Positions 11,309 through 23,677 are shown, counted from the first letter of the stretch. The stretch: 38,150 nt of DNA from Nemertoderma westbladi (GCA_032718475.1 JAUCBJ010007723.1:1-38150); one strand, 5' to 3'. The notes: generated from the sequence alone by a model not told the origin. Translations and numbers: made by a program.

Positions 11309-14300
11309 CAACGAGCTTACTGAACCAGGAAAGCAACGAGCTTACTGAACTAGGAAAGCAACGAGCTTACTGAACCAGGAAAGCAACGAGCTTACTGAAC
11401 CAGGAAAGCAACGAGCTTACTGAACAGGAAAGCAACGAGGTTACTGAACCAGGAAAGCAACGAGCTTACTGAACCAGGAAAGCAACGAGCTTACTGAACC
11501 AGGGAAGCAACGAGCTTACTGAACTAGGAAAGCAACGAGCTTACTGAACCAGGAAAGCAACGAGCTTACTGAACCAGGAAAGCAACGAGCTTACTGAACC
11601 AGGAAAGCAACGAGTTTACTGAATCAGGAAAGCAACGAGCTTACTGAACCAGGAAAGCAACGAGCTTACTGAACTAGGAAAGCAACGAGCTTACTGAACA
11701 GGAAAGCAACGAGGTTACTGAATCAGGAAAGCAACGAGCTTACTGAACCAGGAAAGCAACGAGCTTACTGAACTAGGAAAGCAACGAGCTTACTGAACAG
11801 GAAAGCAACGAGGTTACTGAACCAGGAAAGCAACGAGCTTACTGAACCAGGGAAGCAACGAGCTTACTGAACTAGGAAAGCAACGAGCTTACTGAACAGG
11901 AAAGCAACGAGCATACTGAATCAGGAAAGCAACGAGCTTACTGAACCAGGAAAGCAACGAGCTTACTGAACTAGGAAAGCAACGAGCTTACTGAACAGGA
12001 AAGCAACGAGGTTACTGAACCAGGAAAGCAACGAGCTTACTGAACCAGGGAAGCAACGAGCTTACTGAACTAGGAAAGCAACAAGCTTACTGAATCAGGA
12101 AAGCAACGAGCTTACTGAACCAGGAAAGCAACGAGCTTACTGAACTAGGAAAGCAACGAGCTTACTGAACCAGGGAAGCAACGAGCTTACTGAATCAGGA
12201 AAGCAACGAGGTTACTGAACCAGGAAAGCAACGAGCTTACTGAACCAGGGAAGCAACGAGCTTACTGAACTAGGAAAGCAACGAGCTTACTGAACCAGGG
12301 AAGCAACGAGTTTACTGAACCAGGAAAGCAACGAGCTTACTGAACAGGAAAGCAACGAGCTTACTGAACCAGGGAAGCAACGAGTTTACTGAACCAGGAA
12401 AGCAACGAGCTTACTGAACAGGAAAGCAACGAGCTTACTGAACTAGGAAAGCAACGAGCTTACTGAATCAGGAAAGCAACGAGCTTACTGAACCAGGAAA
12501 GCAACGAGCTTACTGAACCAGGGAAGCAACGAGTTTACTGAACCAGGAAAGCAACGAGCTTACTGAACAGGAAAGCAACGAGCTTACTGAACCAGGAGAG
12601 CAACGAGCTTACTGAACCAGGAAAGCAACGAGCTTACTGAACAGGAAAGCAACGAGGTTACTGAACCAGGAAAGCAACGAGCTTACTGAACCAGGAAAGC
12701 AACGAGCTTACTGAACCAGGGAAGCAACGAGCTTACTGAACCAGGAAAGCAACAAGCTTACTGAACCAGGGAAGCAACGAGCTTACTGAATCAGGAAAGC
12801 AACGAGCTTACTGAACCAGGAAAGCAACAAGCTTACTGAACCAGGAAAGCAACGAGTTTACTGAACCAGGGAAGCAACGAGCTTACTGAACAGGAAAGCA
12901 ACGAGCTTACTGAATCAGGAAAGCAACGAGCTTACTGAACCAGGAAAGCAACGAGGTTACTGAACCAGGAAAGCAACGAGGTTACTGAACAGGAAAGCAA
13001 CGAGCTTACTGAACCAGGAGAGCAACGAGCTTACTGAACCAGGAAAGCAACGAGCTTACTGAACCAGGGAAGCAACGAGCTTACTGAATCAGGAAAGCAA
13101 CGAGCTTACTGAACCAGGAGAGCAACGAGCTTACTGAATCAGGGAAGCAACGAGCTTACTGAACAGGAAAGCAACGAGCTTACTGAACCAGGAAAGCAAC
13201 GAGCTTACTGAACCAGGGAAGCAACGAGCTTACTGAACCAGGAGAGCAACGAGCTTACTGAACAGGAAAGCAACGAGCTTACTGAACAGGAAAGCAACGA
13301 GCTTACTGAACAGGAAAGCAACGAGCTTACTGAACCAGGAAAGCAACGAGCTTACTGAATCAGGAAAGCAACGAGCTTACTGAACAGGAAAGCAACGAGC
13401 TTACTAAACCAGGAGAGCAACAAGCTTACTGAACCAGGAAAGCAACGAGTTTACTGAACCAGGGAAGCAACGAGCTTACTGAACAGGAAAGCAACGAGCT
13501 TACTGAACCAGGAAAGCAACGAGCTTACTGAATCAGGAAAGCAACGAGCTTACTGAACCAGGAAAGCAACGAGCTTACTGAACCAGGGAAGCAACGAGCT
13601 TACTGAACCAGGAAAGCAACGAGCTTACTGAACAGGAAAGCAACGAGCTTACTGAATCAGGAAAGCAACGAGCTTACTGAACAGGAAAGCAACGAGCTTA
13701 CTAAACCAGGAGAGCAACAAGCTTACTGAACCAAGAAAGCAACGAGCTTACTGAACCAGGAAAGCAACGAGCTTACTGAACAGGAAAGCAACGAGCTTAC
13801 TGAACCAGGGAAGCAACGAGCTTACTGAATCAGGAAAGCAACGAGCTTACTGAACAGGAAAGCAACGAGCTTACTGAACAGGAAAGCAACGAGCTTACTG
13901 AACCAGGAAAGCAACGAGCTTACTGAACCAGGGAAGCAACGAGCTTACTGAACCAGGGAAGCAACGAGCTTACTGAACCAGGAAAGCAACGAGCTTACTG
14001 AACCAGGAAAGCAACGAGCTTACTGAACCAGGAAAGCAACGAGCTTACTGAACCAGGGAAGCAACGAGCTTACTGAACCAGGGAAGCAACGAGCTTACTG
14101 AACCAGGAAAGCAACGAGCTTACTGAACAGGAAAGCAACGAGCTTACTGAACAGGAAAGCAACGAGCTTACTGAACCAGGAAAGCAACGAGCTTACTGAA
14201 TCAGGGAAGCAACGAGCTTACTGAACAGGAAAGCAACGAGCTTACTGAACCAGGGAAGCAACGAGCTTACTGAACCAGGGAAGCAACGAGCTTACTGAAC

Positions 14301-17261
14301 CAGGGAAGCAACGAGCTTACTAAACCAGGAGAGCAACAAGCTTACTGAACCAGGAAAGCAACGAGTTTACTGAACCAGGGAAGCAACGAGCTTACTGAAC
14401 CAGGAAAGCAACGAGCTTACTGAATCAGGGAAGCAACGAGCTTACTGAACAGGAAAGCAACGAGCTTACTGAACCAGGAAAGCAACGAGCTTACTGAACA
14501 GGAAAGCAACGAGCTTACTAAACCAGGAGAGCAACAAGCTTACTGAACCAGGAAAGCAACGAGCTTGCTGAACCAGGAAAGCAACGAGCTTACTGAACCA
14601 GGAAAGCAACGAGCTTACTGAATCAGGAAAGCAACGAGCTTACTGAACAGGAAAGCAACGAGCTTACTAAACCAGGAGAGCAACAAGCTTACTGAACCAG
14701 GAAAGCAACGAGTTTACTGAACCAGGGAAGCAACGAGCTTACTGAACAGGAAAGCAACGAGCTTACTGAACCAGGGAAGCAACGAGCTTACTGAATCAGG
14801 GAAGCAACGAGCTTACTGAACAGGAAAGCAACGAGCTTACTGAATCAGGAAAGCAACGAGCTTACTGAATCAGGAAAGCAACGAGCTTACTGAACCAGGG
14901 AAGCAACGAGCTTACTGAACCAGGAAAGCAACGAGCTTACTGAACCAGGAGAGCAACGAGCTTACTGAACCAGGGAAGCAACGAGCTTACTGAATCAGGA
15001 AAGCAACGAGCTTACTGAACCAGGAGAGCAACGAGCTTACTGAACAGGAAAGCAACGAGCTTACTGAACCAGGAAAGCAACGAGCTTACTGAACCAGGAA
15101 AGCAACGAGCTTACTGAACAGGAAAGCAACGAGCTTACTGAACAGGAAAGCAACGAGCTTACTGAATCAGGAAAGCAACGAGCTTACTGAACAGGAAAGC
15201 AACGAGCTTACTAAACCAGGAGAGCAACAAGCTTACTGAACCAGGAAAGCAACGAGTTTACTGAACCAGGGAAGCAACGAGCTTACTGAATCAGGAAAGC
15301 AACGAGCTTACTGAATCAGGAAAGCAACGAGCTTACTGAACCAGGAAAGCAACGAGCTTACTGAACCAGGGAAGCAACGAGCTTACTGAACTAGGAAAGC
15401 AACGAGTTTACTGAACCAGGGAAGCAACGAGCTTACTGAATCAGGAAAGCAACGAGCTTACTGAACAGGAAAGCAACGAGCTTACTGAACCAGGAAAGCA
15501 ACGAGCTTACTGAATCAGGAAAGCAACAAGCTTACTGAATCAGGAAAGCAACGAGCTTACTGAGCCAGGAAAGCAACGAGCTTACTGAACCAGGGAAGCA
15601 ACGAGCTTACTGAACAGGAAAGCAACGAGCTTACTGAACCAGGAAAGCAACGAGCTTACTGAATCAGGAAAGCAACGAGCTTACTGAACAGGAAAGCAAC
15701 GAGCTTACTAAACCAGGAGAGCAACAAGCTTACTGAACTTGGAAAGCAACGAGCTTACTGAACCAGGAAAGCAACGAGCTTACTGAACCAGGAAAGCAAC
15801 GAGCTTACTGAACCAGGGAAGCAACGAGCTTACTGAACAGGAAAGCAACGAGCTTACTGAACCAGGAAAGCAACGAGCTTACTGAATCAGGAAAGCAACG
15901 AGCTTACTGAACAGGAAAGCAACGAGCTTACTAAACCAGGAGAGCAACAAGCTTACTGAACTTGGAAAGCAACGAGCTTACTGAACCAGGAAAGCAACGA
16001 GCTTACTGAACAGGAAAGCAACGAGCTTACTAAACCAGGAGAGCAACAAGCTTACTGAACTTGGAAAGCAACGAGCTTACTGAACAGGAAAGCAACGAGC
16101 TTACTGAACCAGGAAAGCAACGAGCTTACTGAATCAGGGAAGCAACGAGCTTACTGAACAGGAAAGCAACGAGCTTACTGAATCAGGAAAGCAACGAGCT
16201 TACTGAACCAGGGAAGCAACGAGCTTACTGAACCAGGGAAGCAACGAGCTTACTGAACCAGGAAAGCAACGAGCTTACTGAACAGGTAAGCAACGAGCTT
16301 ACTAAACCAGGAGAGCAACAAGCTTACTGAACCAGGAAAGCAACGAGCTTACTGAACCAGGAAAGCAACGAGCTTACTGAACCAGGAAAGCAACGAGCTT
16401 ACTGAATCAGGAAAGCAACGAGCTTACTGAACAGGAAAGCAACGAGCTTACTAAACCAGGAGAGCAACAAGCTTACTGAACCAGGAAAGCAACGAGTTTA
16501 CTGAACCAGGAAAGCAACGAGCTTACTGAACAGGAAAGCAACGAGCTTACTGAACCAGGAAAGCAACGAGCTTACTGAACCAGGGAAGCAACGAGCTTAC
16601 TGAACAGGAAAGCAACGAGCTTACTGAACCAGGGAAGCAACGAGCTTACTGAACTAGGAAAGCAACGAGTTTACTGAACCAGGGAAGCAACGAGCTTACT
16701 GAATCAGGAAAGCAACGAGCTTACTGAATCAGGAAAGCAACGAGCTTACTGAACCAGGAAAGCAACGAGCTTACTGAACCAGGGAAGCAACGAGCTTACT
16801 GAACAGGAAAGCAACGAGCTTACTGAACCAGGAAAGCAACGAGCTTACTGAATCAGGAAAGCAACGAGCTTACTGAACAGGAAAGCAACGAGCTTACTGA
16901 ACCAGGAAAGCAACGAGCTTACTGAACCAGGAAAGCAACGAGCTTACTGAATCAGGAAAGCAACGAGCTTACTGAACAGGAAAGCAACGAGCTTACTGAA
17001 CCAGGAAAGCAACGAGGTTACTGAACCAGGAAAGCAACGAGCTTACTGAACCAGGAAAGCAACGAGTTTACTGAACCAGGGAAGCAACGAGCTTACTGAA
17101 CAGGAAAGCAACGAGCTTACTGAATCAGGAAAGCAACGAGCTTACTGAACCAGGAAAGCAACGAGCTTACTGAATCAGGAGAGCAACGAGCTTACTGAAC
17201 CAGGAAAGCAACGAGCTTACTGAATCAGGAAAGCAACAAGCTTACTGAACCAGGAAAGCAA
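11309..17261. repeat. 25/24-bp minisatellite, roughly 240 copies (~5.95 kb)
   Basis: Consensus AAAGCAACGAGCTTACTGAACCAGG with a small set of recurrent variants. Confidence 0.99.
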
Positions 17262-17264
17262 AAG
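17246..17264 (-). CDS. Candidate 19-nt microexon of UNC80
   Basis: Minus strand reads cctttctaatttatag|CTTTTGCTTTCCTGGTTCA|gtaagc. The acceptor is in unique sequence immediately outside the array and the donor is in the first array unit. Confidence 0.5.
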
Positions 17265-17442
17265 CTATAAATTAGAAAGGCACCAAAAATATTTTACATT
17301 TTTATTTTGTTTTAATGGGTAAAAAGTAATGTTAAAAAGAAATAAGAAAAAAGTAACGGAAAGAAGCACTATTTCTCACTAAATTTGGTAAAAACTAGGC
17401 AATTTGGGCTTGGTGTCCTGATTCTATGACTTTTATGTAATT

Positions 17443-18420
17443 AGTGGGGCAGCAGACTTAATGTAGTAAAACTTAAATTAACTAATTTTAATTGACCGAA
17501 ATTCAATTATTCTGTCCGGGTGAGTTAAGTGTTTCTCGAGTTGGGAGGTTTTTTAAAATGCCATCGTGTGCAAAACTCAATACTCAATACACGAGGCAGA
17601 ATATCTGAATTTTTTTACCGAAACGAAATTAGTGACATGGACTTCTTTCCGACACGGTATTTTAGTTTTACTGGAATTGATTGATGCGTAATTTTAACTG
17701 CAGTAGGCCTAACTAACTGCAGTACCAATAAAGGAAACAGCTGAATAATTGTCAATACGATGGTATTTTTATGAATTATCATTAAAATGATGTATACACT
17801 ATTCTTATACTATAATTAATGATGAATTCACCAATTATTTCGATTAACAGAAAAACACAATAATATATAATATCATTTTCATCATGTTCCACATATAATG
17901 TATGAAATGCGGAATTCAGCTTAACTTGCTACAAAAATCCATATCAGTGATTCTATCAGATCATAATTTATTGTAATATTAACTATTAAGGATTCGAATC
18001 TACGAAAACGTTCCTTCGCGCAGCATGAGGCTCAGTTATGAGATACATATTAAAAATGAGCGATTCTATCACAAAATCGATATTTAAGAAATTTAACCAA
18101 ACCCCCAATGGGGTATGGGGATTACATCTGTATAATTTTTAAGTATACTTATTTAAATTTTTACTTGAAAATAATTAATTTCCACTAAAGGGCAAGCAGA
18201 AAAATGATGTTTTTTACCGTAATCAACTTAATTAACAAATTAACTGCTTTTATCTCAGTTTATCGAAGGCCACACGCAAATTCTACTTGTAAAATTTCTA
18301 AACGTTTTGAGTTATTAACGTTTAAAAACAAGGACCTACAGAACGACAGATCTACAGACACATCGATTCAGTTAGTGGTACCCGTATGCTAGGTTCGTTT
18401 ACTTTTGCGTCTCGCCCCAC
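17443..18420 (-). mobile_element. HINE-like element (same terminus family)
   Basis: Minus strand starts GTGGGGCGAGACGC at 18420, followed by TCTG-like repeats. An inverted GTGGGGC lies at ~17444. Extent is uncertain. Confidence 0.4.
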
Positions 18421-18708
18421 AGTAGTAGAAATACTTTCTGCCACTATGGGAAGTAATGATAGCGAGTGAAAGCACTACTTTCTTGTTTTCTAGAAAATTT
18501 AGTGAGAAAAAGTGGATTTTTTAAAGATCAAATATATTAAAGTTTACTATCTATAACAAATAATATATTTAATAACAAACTTAAAACTAAATAATATAAA
18601 ATAATAGACTGAAAAAGTTAAGGAGATAAAGAAGACCATAAAGTCAGCTGGAAGGTCAGTAAATACAGTAGTTTTAGCAGTAATCACTAGGCCTACTCAT
18701 AGACATAA

Positions 18709-20050
18709 ACTCACCGGCATAGTTCGACCAATCACAGCCGTGCTCGACACTGGTTTGTGGCCCCTCCCTACTCACCCTTCCTAGTTCGACCAATCACAGC
18801 CGTGCTCGCCCCTGGTTTGTGGCCCCTCCTTACTCACCGGCCTTGTTCGACCAATCACAGCCTTGCTCGCTCCGGTTTGGTGGCCCCTCCATACTCACCG
18901 GTCTAGTTCGACCAATCACAGCCGTGCTCGCCCCTGGTTGGTGGCCCATCCCTACTCCCCTGCCTAGTTCGACCAATCACAGCCGTGCTCGCCCCTGGTT
19001 TGTGGCCCCTCCTTACTCACCGGCCTTGTTCGACCAATCACAGCCTTGCTCGCTCCGGTTTGGTGGCCCCTCCATACTCACCGGTCTAGTTCGACCAATC
19101 ACAGCCGTGCTCGCCCCTGGTTTGTGGCCCCTCCCTACTCACCCTTCCTAGTTCGACCAATCACAGCCGTGCTCGCCCCTGGTTTGTGGCCCCTCCTTAC
19201 TCACCGGCCTTGTTCGACCAATCACAGCCTTGCTCGCTCCGGTTTGGTGGCCCCTCCATACTCACCGGTCTAGTTCGACCAATCACAGCCGTGCTCGCCC
19301 CTGGTTGGTGGCCCATCCCTACTCCCCTGCCTAGTTCGACCAATCACAGCCGTGCTCGCCCCTGGTTTGTGGCCCCTCCTTACTCACCGGCCTTGTTCGA
19401 CCAATCACAGCCTTGCTCGCCCCGGGTTGGTGGCCCCTCCATACTCACCGGCCTAGTTCGAACAATAACAGCCGTGTTCGCCCCTGGTTTGTGGCCCCTC
19501 CATACTCACCGGCCTAGTTCGAACAATAACAGCCGTGATCGCCCCTGGTTTGTGGCCCCTCCCTACTCACCGGCCTAGTTCGACCAATAACAGCCGTGAT
19601 CGTCCCTGGTTTGTGGCCCCTCCCTACTCACCGGCCTAGTTCGACCAATAACAGCCGTGATCGTCCCTGGTTTGTGGCCCCTCCCTACTCACCGGCCTAG
19701 TTCGACCAATAACAGCCGTGCTCGCCCCTGGTTTGGTGGCCCCTCCCTACTCACCGGCCTAGTTCGACCAATAACAGCCGTGATCGTCCCTGGTTTGTGG
19801 CCCCTCCCTACTCACCGGCCTAGTTCGACCAATAACAGCCGTGATCGTCCCTGGTTTGTGGCCCCTCCCTACTCACCGGCCTAGTTCGACCAATAACAGC
19901 CGTGATCGTCCCTGGTTTGTGGCCCCTCCCTACTCACCGGCCTAGTTCGACCAATCACAGCCGTGCTCGCCCCTGGTTTGTGGCCCCTCCCTACTCACCG
20001 GCCTAGTTCGACCAATAACAGCCGTGTTCGACCCTGGTTTGTGGCCCCTC
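18709..20050. repeat. 61-bp tandem array, ~22 copies, with higher-order structure
   Basis: Unit ~TAGTTCGACCAATCACAGCCGTGCTCGCCCCTGGTTTGTGGCCCCTCCCTACTCACCGGCC, with 183-bp and 367-bp periodicity in the left half. Confidence 0.98.
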
Positions 20051-20160
20051 ACTAAATTGCTACGTTCCGGTTGTTCGTCTGTTACCTCGGAAACGTGTAT
20101 TAAAGGAATTGGAGTCGATTGACTACGTTGCCGCTTTTCTTCGCGGACAAAATTAACATC
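19999..20160 (-). CDS. UNC80: UNC80 exon (DVNFVREEKRQRSQSTPIPLIHVSEVTDEQPERSNLVRGHKPGSNTAVIGRTRP)
   Basis: Acceptor TCTTTTTTAG|, 162 bp open, phase 0-0, ending at CCG|GTGAGT in the first 61-bp unit. An alternative in-frame donor GAG|GTAACA lies at 20086. Confidence 0.7.
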
Positions 20161-20180
20161 CTAAAAAAGATGTAATAATT

Positions 20181-20223
20181 AAATGTTGTCTGTTAAATGT
20201 TGTCTGTTAAATGTTGTCTGTTA
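20181..20223. repeat. 14-bp tandem repeat x3
   Basis: AAATGTTGTCTGTT x3. Confidence 0.9.
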
Positions 20224-20527
20224 AGTTCTGTTATTATTTTTATATCTTGTCACTCTTTTATTAAAGTATTTTATTCGCGCACTATATCTTTTATGTTTTT
20301 TCTATACAAATTAAAATTACCCTAGACATTCATTACAGCTTAAAAAGGCCAACGATATTTTCTGGTAAATTTGCGAAATATAATTTTGAATTAAATTTTA
20401 CCACCCATCTGAAATATGTACATTCCAATAAATTGATAATAACAAATAATACATTACTTAATTATAAATAGAAATTACATCAAATTTATCAACCAATGTC
20501 ATTCCAACCACTGGAACATTGGCCTAC

Positions 20528-20689
20528 CTGGACTTGTTTGAGCCGCCCCAGAAGATAGTTCAACGACCAGACCAGACCCTCTTCGCTCCAATACATATTA
20601 AATATGGACCGCAGAGCGGCAACATCCAGATGTGTCGCCAAATCGGGTCGGTCGGCGCACTTCGACTTCACATCGGGTGCGGCGGGCAG
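20528..20689 (-). CDS. UNC80: UNC80 exon
   Basis: ATHLDVAALRSIFNMYWSEEGLVWSLNYLLGRL matches the recalled UNC80 motif ATYFDVAVLRCL...WSEEG.QWSL.YYLQRL. Boundaries TTCCAG| and CAG|GTAGG, 162 bp, phase 0-0. Confidence 0.9.
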
Positions 20690-21014
20690 CTGGAATTAAT
20701 AGGAGAAACTCGAAATTATTTTGGATTTGGTAAATCAATGTTTTTGATGTTTTAGAAAATTAATACATAAAATAATTTAATGGGATACAATATGTGCCTT
20801 ATGTGGTAAGATTTCCAAATTAAATTTAAGGCATATCACATTTTTTAAAACCCAAACAGACCATGCTTTCGCCTTTCGCTCATATTGTTTGAGTTGATAC
20901 TGTACATTATTAGATTCCAACACAATGCTCTATGAGCATGTGTTGGAGGGTAGACCTACTGAATAGGCCTACTGGGATGTGCAAATGTATAGAATCACAG
21001 TTAAAATTCCTTAC

Positions 21015-21117
21015 CCTGAAGGGTCGATCTGCATCTCCCAATGTTAACGTTCGAGATCGGTGTATCTCATTGGTTAATGAATATGAGTCGTCGGTAATAG
21101 AACCCGGACTAATCAAC
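21015..21117 (-). CDS. UNC80: UNC80 exon (LISPGSITDD...GDADRPFR)
   Basis: Acceptor TTTTCTCATTAG|, donor AGG|GTAAGG, 103 bp, phase 2-0. Joins the two homology-supported exons in frame. Confidence 0.8.
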
Positions 21118-21739
21118 CTAATGAGAAAACAATTAAGGGTGGTTTCGGATTTGGTATAATTCTCGAGATTGGGCCCAAATTGGGTTCAGATAGGTTCAGA
21201 TATGACCTAAGTACTATCCCAAATATATTGTATTTCCGAAATTAATTGGGAAGATTTCAGCACAGTTTACAAAAGATGGCGTAATCATTGCAAACTTTAG
21301 TACCACCAATAATAGTAGTTAGGCCCTACAAGAGCCTACACTACCTGTAGTACTAGTACTGTGCAGTACAGTACAGTTGTATTCGGCCATATTTGTTATC
21401 CAAGGCGAGCCTTTGGTTTGTAAATGGCGTCATACATCCCATCGGTTATAATCAGTTAAAATGATATTTTTATAGGATTTTGTTCAGAGCGTATAGTGCT
21501 GGTTCAACCCCCGGTGACATGCTTGCTCATTTTTTCAATTTCTGAACAAAAGCCTATTAAAATCCCATTTATTACATTTGTAATATCAGATCATATCAAA
21601 TTCATTTACAGTAATTATATTCAGATCACGATTAACAACTAAAAAACGTAATCAATTGTAAACTTCAGAACATTAGGCCTACTGTACATCATTTTGTACA
21701 TAAATTTAGTTTTTTCCTTAACAAATAAAAATAAATTAC

Positions 21740-21952
21740 CTTTCCGGCGGTTTAGGAAGCGGCGTCATATTGATTGGTTGTTTGAACGCCGGTACCTCAG
21801 GTGATTGGTAGTCCCACATCGGCTTCCAAATATCCATCCCCGGCGCTAGCAGGTGTCGCAGATCCTGTTGTCGAATTTTTCCGCACAATGGGGCAAATAG
21901 TTGAAGGAACATTTGGAGTAAGTCAAGTGAGAAAGTGTAATCAGGGGGCAAA
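21740..21952 (-). CDS. UNC80: UNC80 exon (end of N-terminal conserved domain)
   Basis: LFAPLCGKIRQQDL...LAPGMDIWKPMWDYQSP matches recalled UNC80 LFAPLVHRIKESDLTFRLASGLVIWQPMWEHRQP. Boundaries TTTTTTTTCAACAG| and AAG|GTAATT, 213 bp, phase 2-2. Confidence 0.9.
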
Positions 21953-22094
21953 CTGTTGAAAAAAAATGGTACCATTTTATTTCTGTACTGTATGCTAAAA
22001 ATATTATGTCACTCGATATATTAATGTAAGTAGGCCTATCTATTGTGGAACTAGTCCACGCAGAATTAGTTAAAGATTTACTGTACGCAGAAAA

Positions 22095-23677
22095 AGTGTC
22101 TGAGTCTGTACTCCCAGATATTCCCATTGGTGATATCTCCTTTGCAGAAGTGAAGGCTGCTGCAAAGAGCATTAAGACCACTCGTGCCAGTGGAGTAGAT
22201 GGTGTTCCCCCTGAGGTCTTTAAAATACATGAGTGTTTAAAGCTCATCTATCCCATCATAGTAGACATGTACCGAACAACAAGAGTCACACAAGAAATGA
22301 AAACAAATAAGTTGGTGCCAGTTCCCAAGAAAGGCAACCTAACACTCTATGGTTCTTTTTGGGGAATCTCATTGATCTCGATTGCTGCAAAGCTATACAA
22401 TAGGATTCTATTAAATCGCATCAGGGATCCCATTGAGAGACTGCTCCGTGGAAATCAGAATGGGTTCCGTAAAGGTCGTGGGACCATGGAGCCCATTTTG
22501 GCACTTAGAAGGATAATTGAAGAATTATCAAAAAAGAAAGACAGGCATCTGGCTGTTATCTTTGTTGACTTCTTCAAGGCCTTTGATTCAGTCTCTCGGT
22601 CACGTATGTTCAGCATACTTTCATTATATGGGATTCCTGATGAAATTATTGCAGCAATCAGATCAGTATACGAAGGTTCGACAACATTTGTGTCTACTGT
22701 TGACGGTGACACAGAACCATTTGAAGTGTTATGGGGCGTCCTCCAGGGAGACACACTTGCACCATTATTGTTCATAATTGTTGTTGAATATGTTCTACGC
22801 ATGTCCTTAGATCATCATAATGATGATGGGGTGATGATAATTCCAACTACTGGCTCCAGAAGTCGAGGAAATCCTGCCAAGTACCTAACTGATCTAGACT
22901 TTGCTGATGACTTAGGAGTACTCTCAGAATCACTAGAGGGAGCCCAACGGCTCCTCAGCTCACTAGAACATGCTGCTTCTAGTGTTGGTCTTTTTATTAA
23001 CTCCAGAAAGACCAAAATTTTGACAGTTAACTTTGAAAGTCCTCAGCAAGTCTCTGATCGGATGAGCATAAGCTCAAAAGATGGTATGCTTGAGCATGTG
23101 GATGACTTCTGTTACCTGGGATCATGGATCCGGAAGTCAGATGAGGACCTTCGAATACGTAAGGGAAAGGCATGGGCAGCCTTAAATAGGCTTTCCAGGA
23201 TTTGGAAGTCAACGAGAATTAATCGGAAACTTAAGGTCCGATTATTTAGAGCGGCAGTAGTTCCAGTACTCCTCTATGGGAGTCCATGCTGGGCTCTAAC
23301 TGCTGAGGACACCAAATCTCTGGATGGCACATTCACAAGAATGCTACGCCGGGTTCATTGTGTCAAGTACAATGCACACATCTCCAACCAGACACTATAA
23401 CATTGGAGGTGTCTCATTGGTTCCCCCAAGCTTGACACTAGAACAAAATCGCCTCCGCTTTGCAGGACATTGCTTTCGCCGTGAGGACCAGCCAGTGCAT
23501 AATCTTGTACTTTGGCAGCCTCATGGAGTGAATAGGCATGGTGGACAGCCCATGACTTTCTTGAGACGCATCTTAAAGGACACTAGCCTTGAAGATGCGG
23601 ATGATCTAGCAAATGTCATGGGTGATAGGGAGTTGTGGCGGTGCAATTTTGTCGATAAGCCGGCACAGCATTCTTAA
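22095..23677 (+). pseudogene. RTE reverse transcriptase remnant, frameshifted near 23398
   Basis: ORFs 22045-23400 and 23324-23677 join at ...HISNQTL/YNIGG... (probably a 2-bp TA deletion). The endonuclease domain is absent. Confidence 0.85.

Noticed and set aside
11309-17261. CRISPR array
   Set aside because: Units are head-to-tail with no unique spacers, there are no cas genes, and the context is eukaryotic.
18819-19884. Plus-strand ORFs in the 61-bp array
   Set aside because: Translations of tandem repeat sequence with no domain signal.
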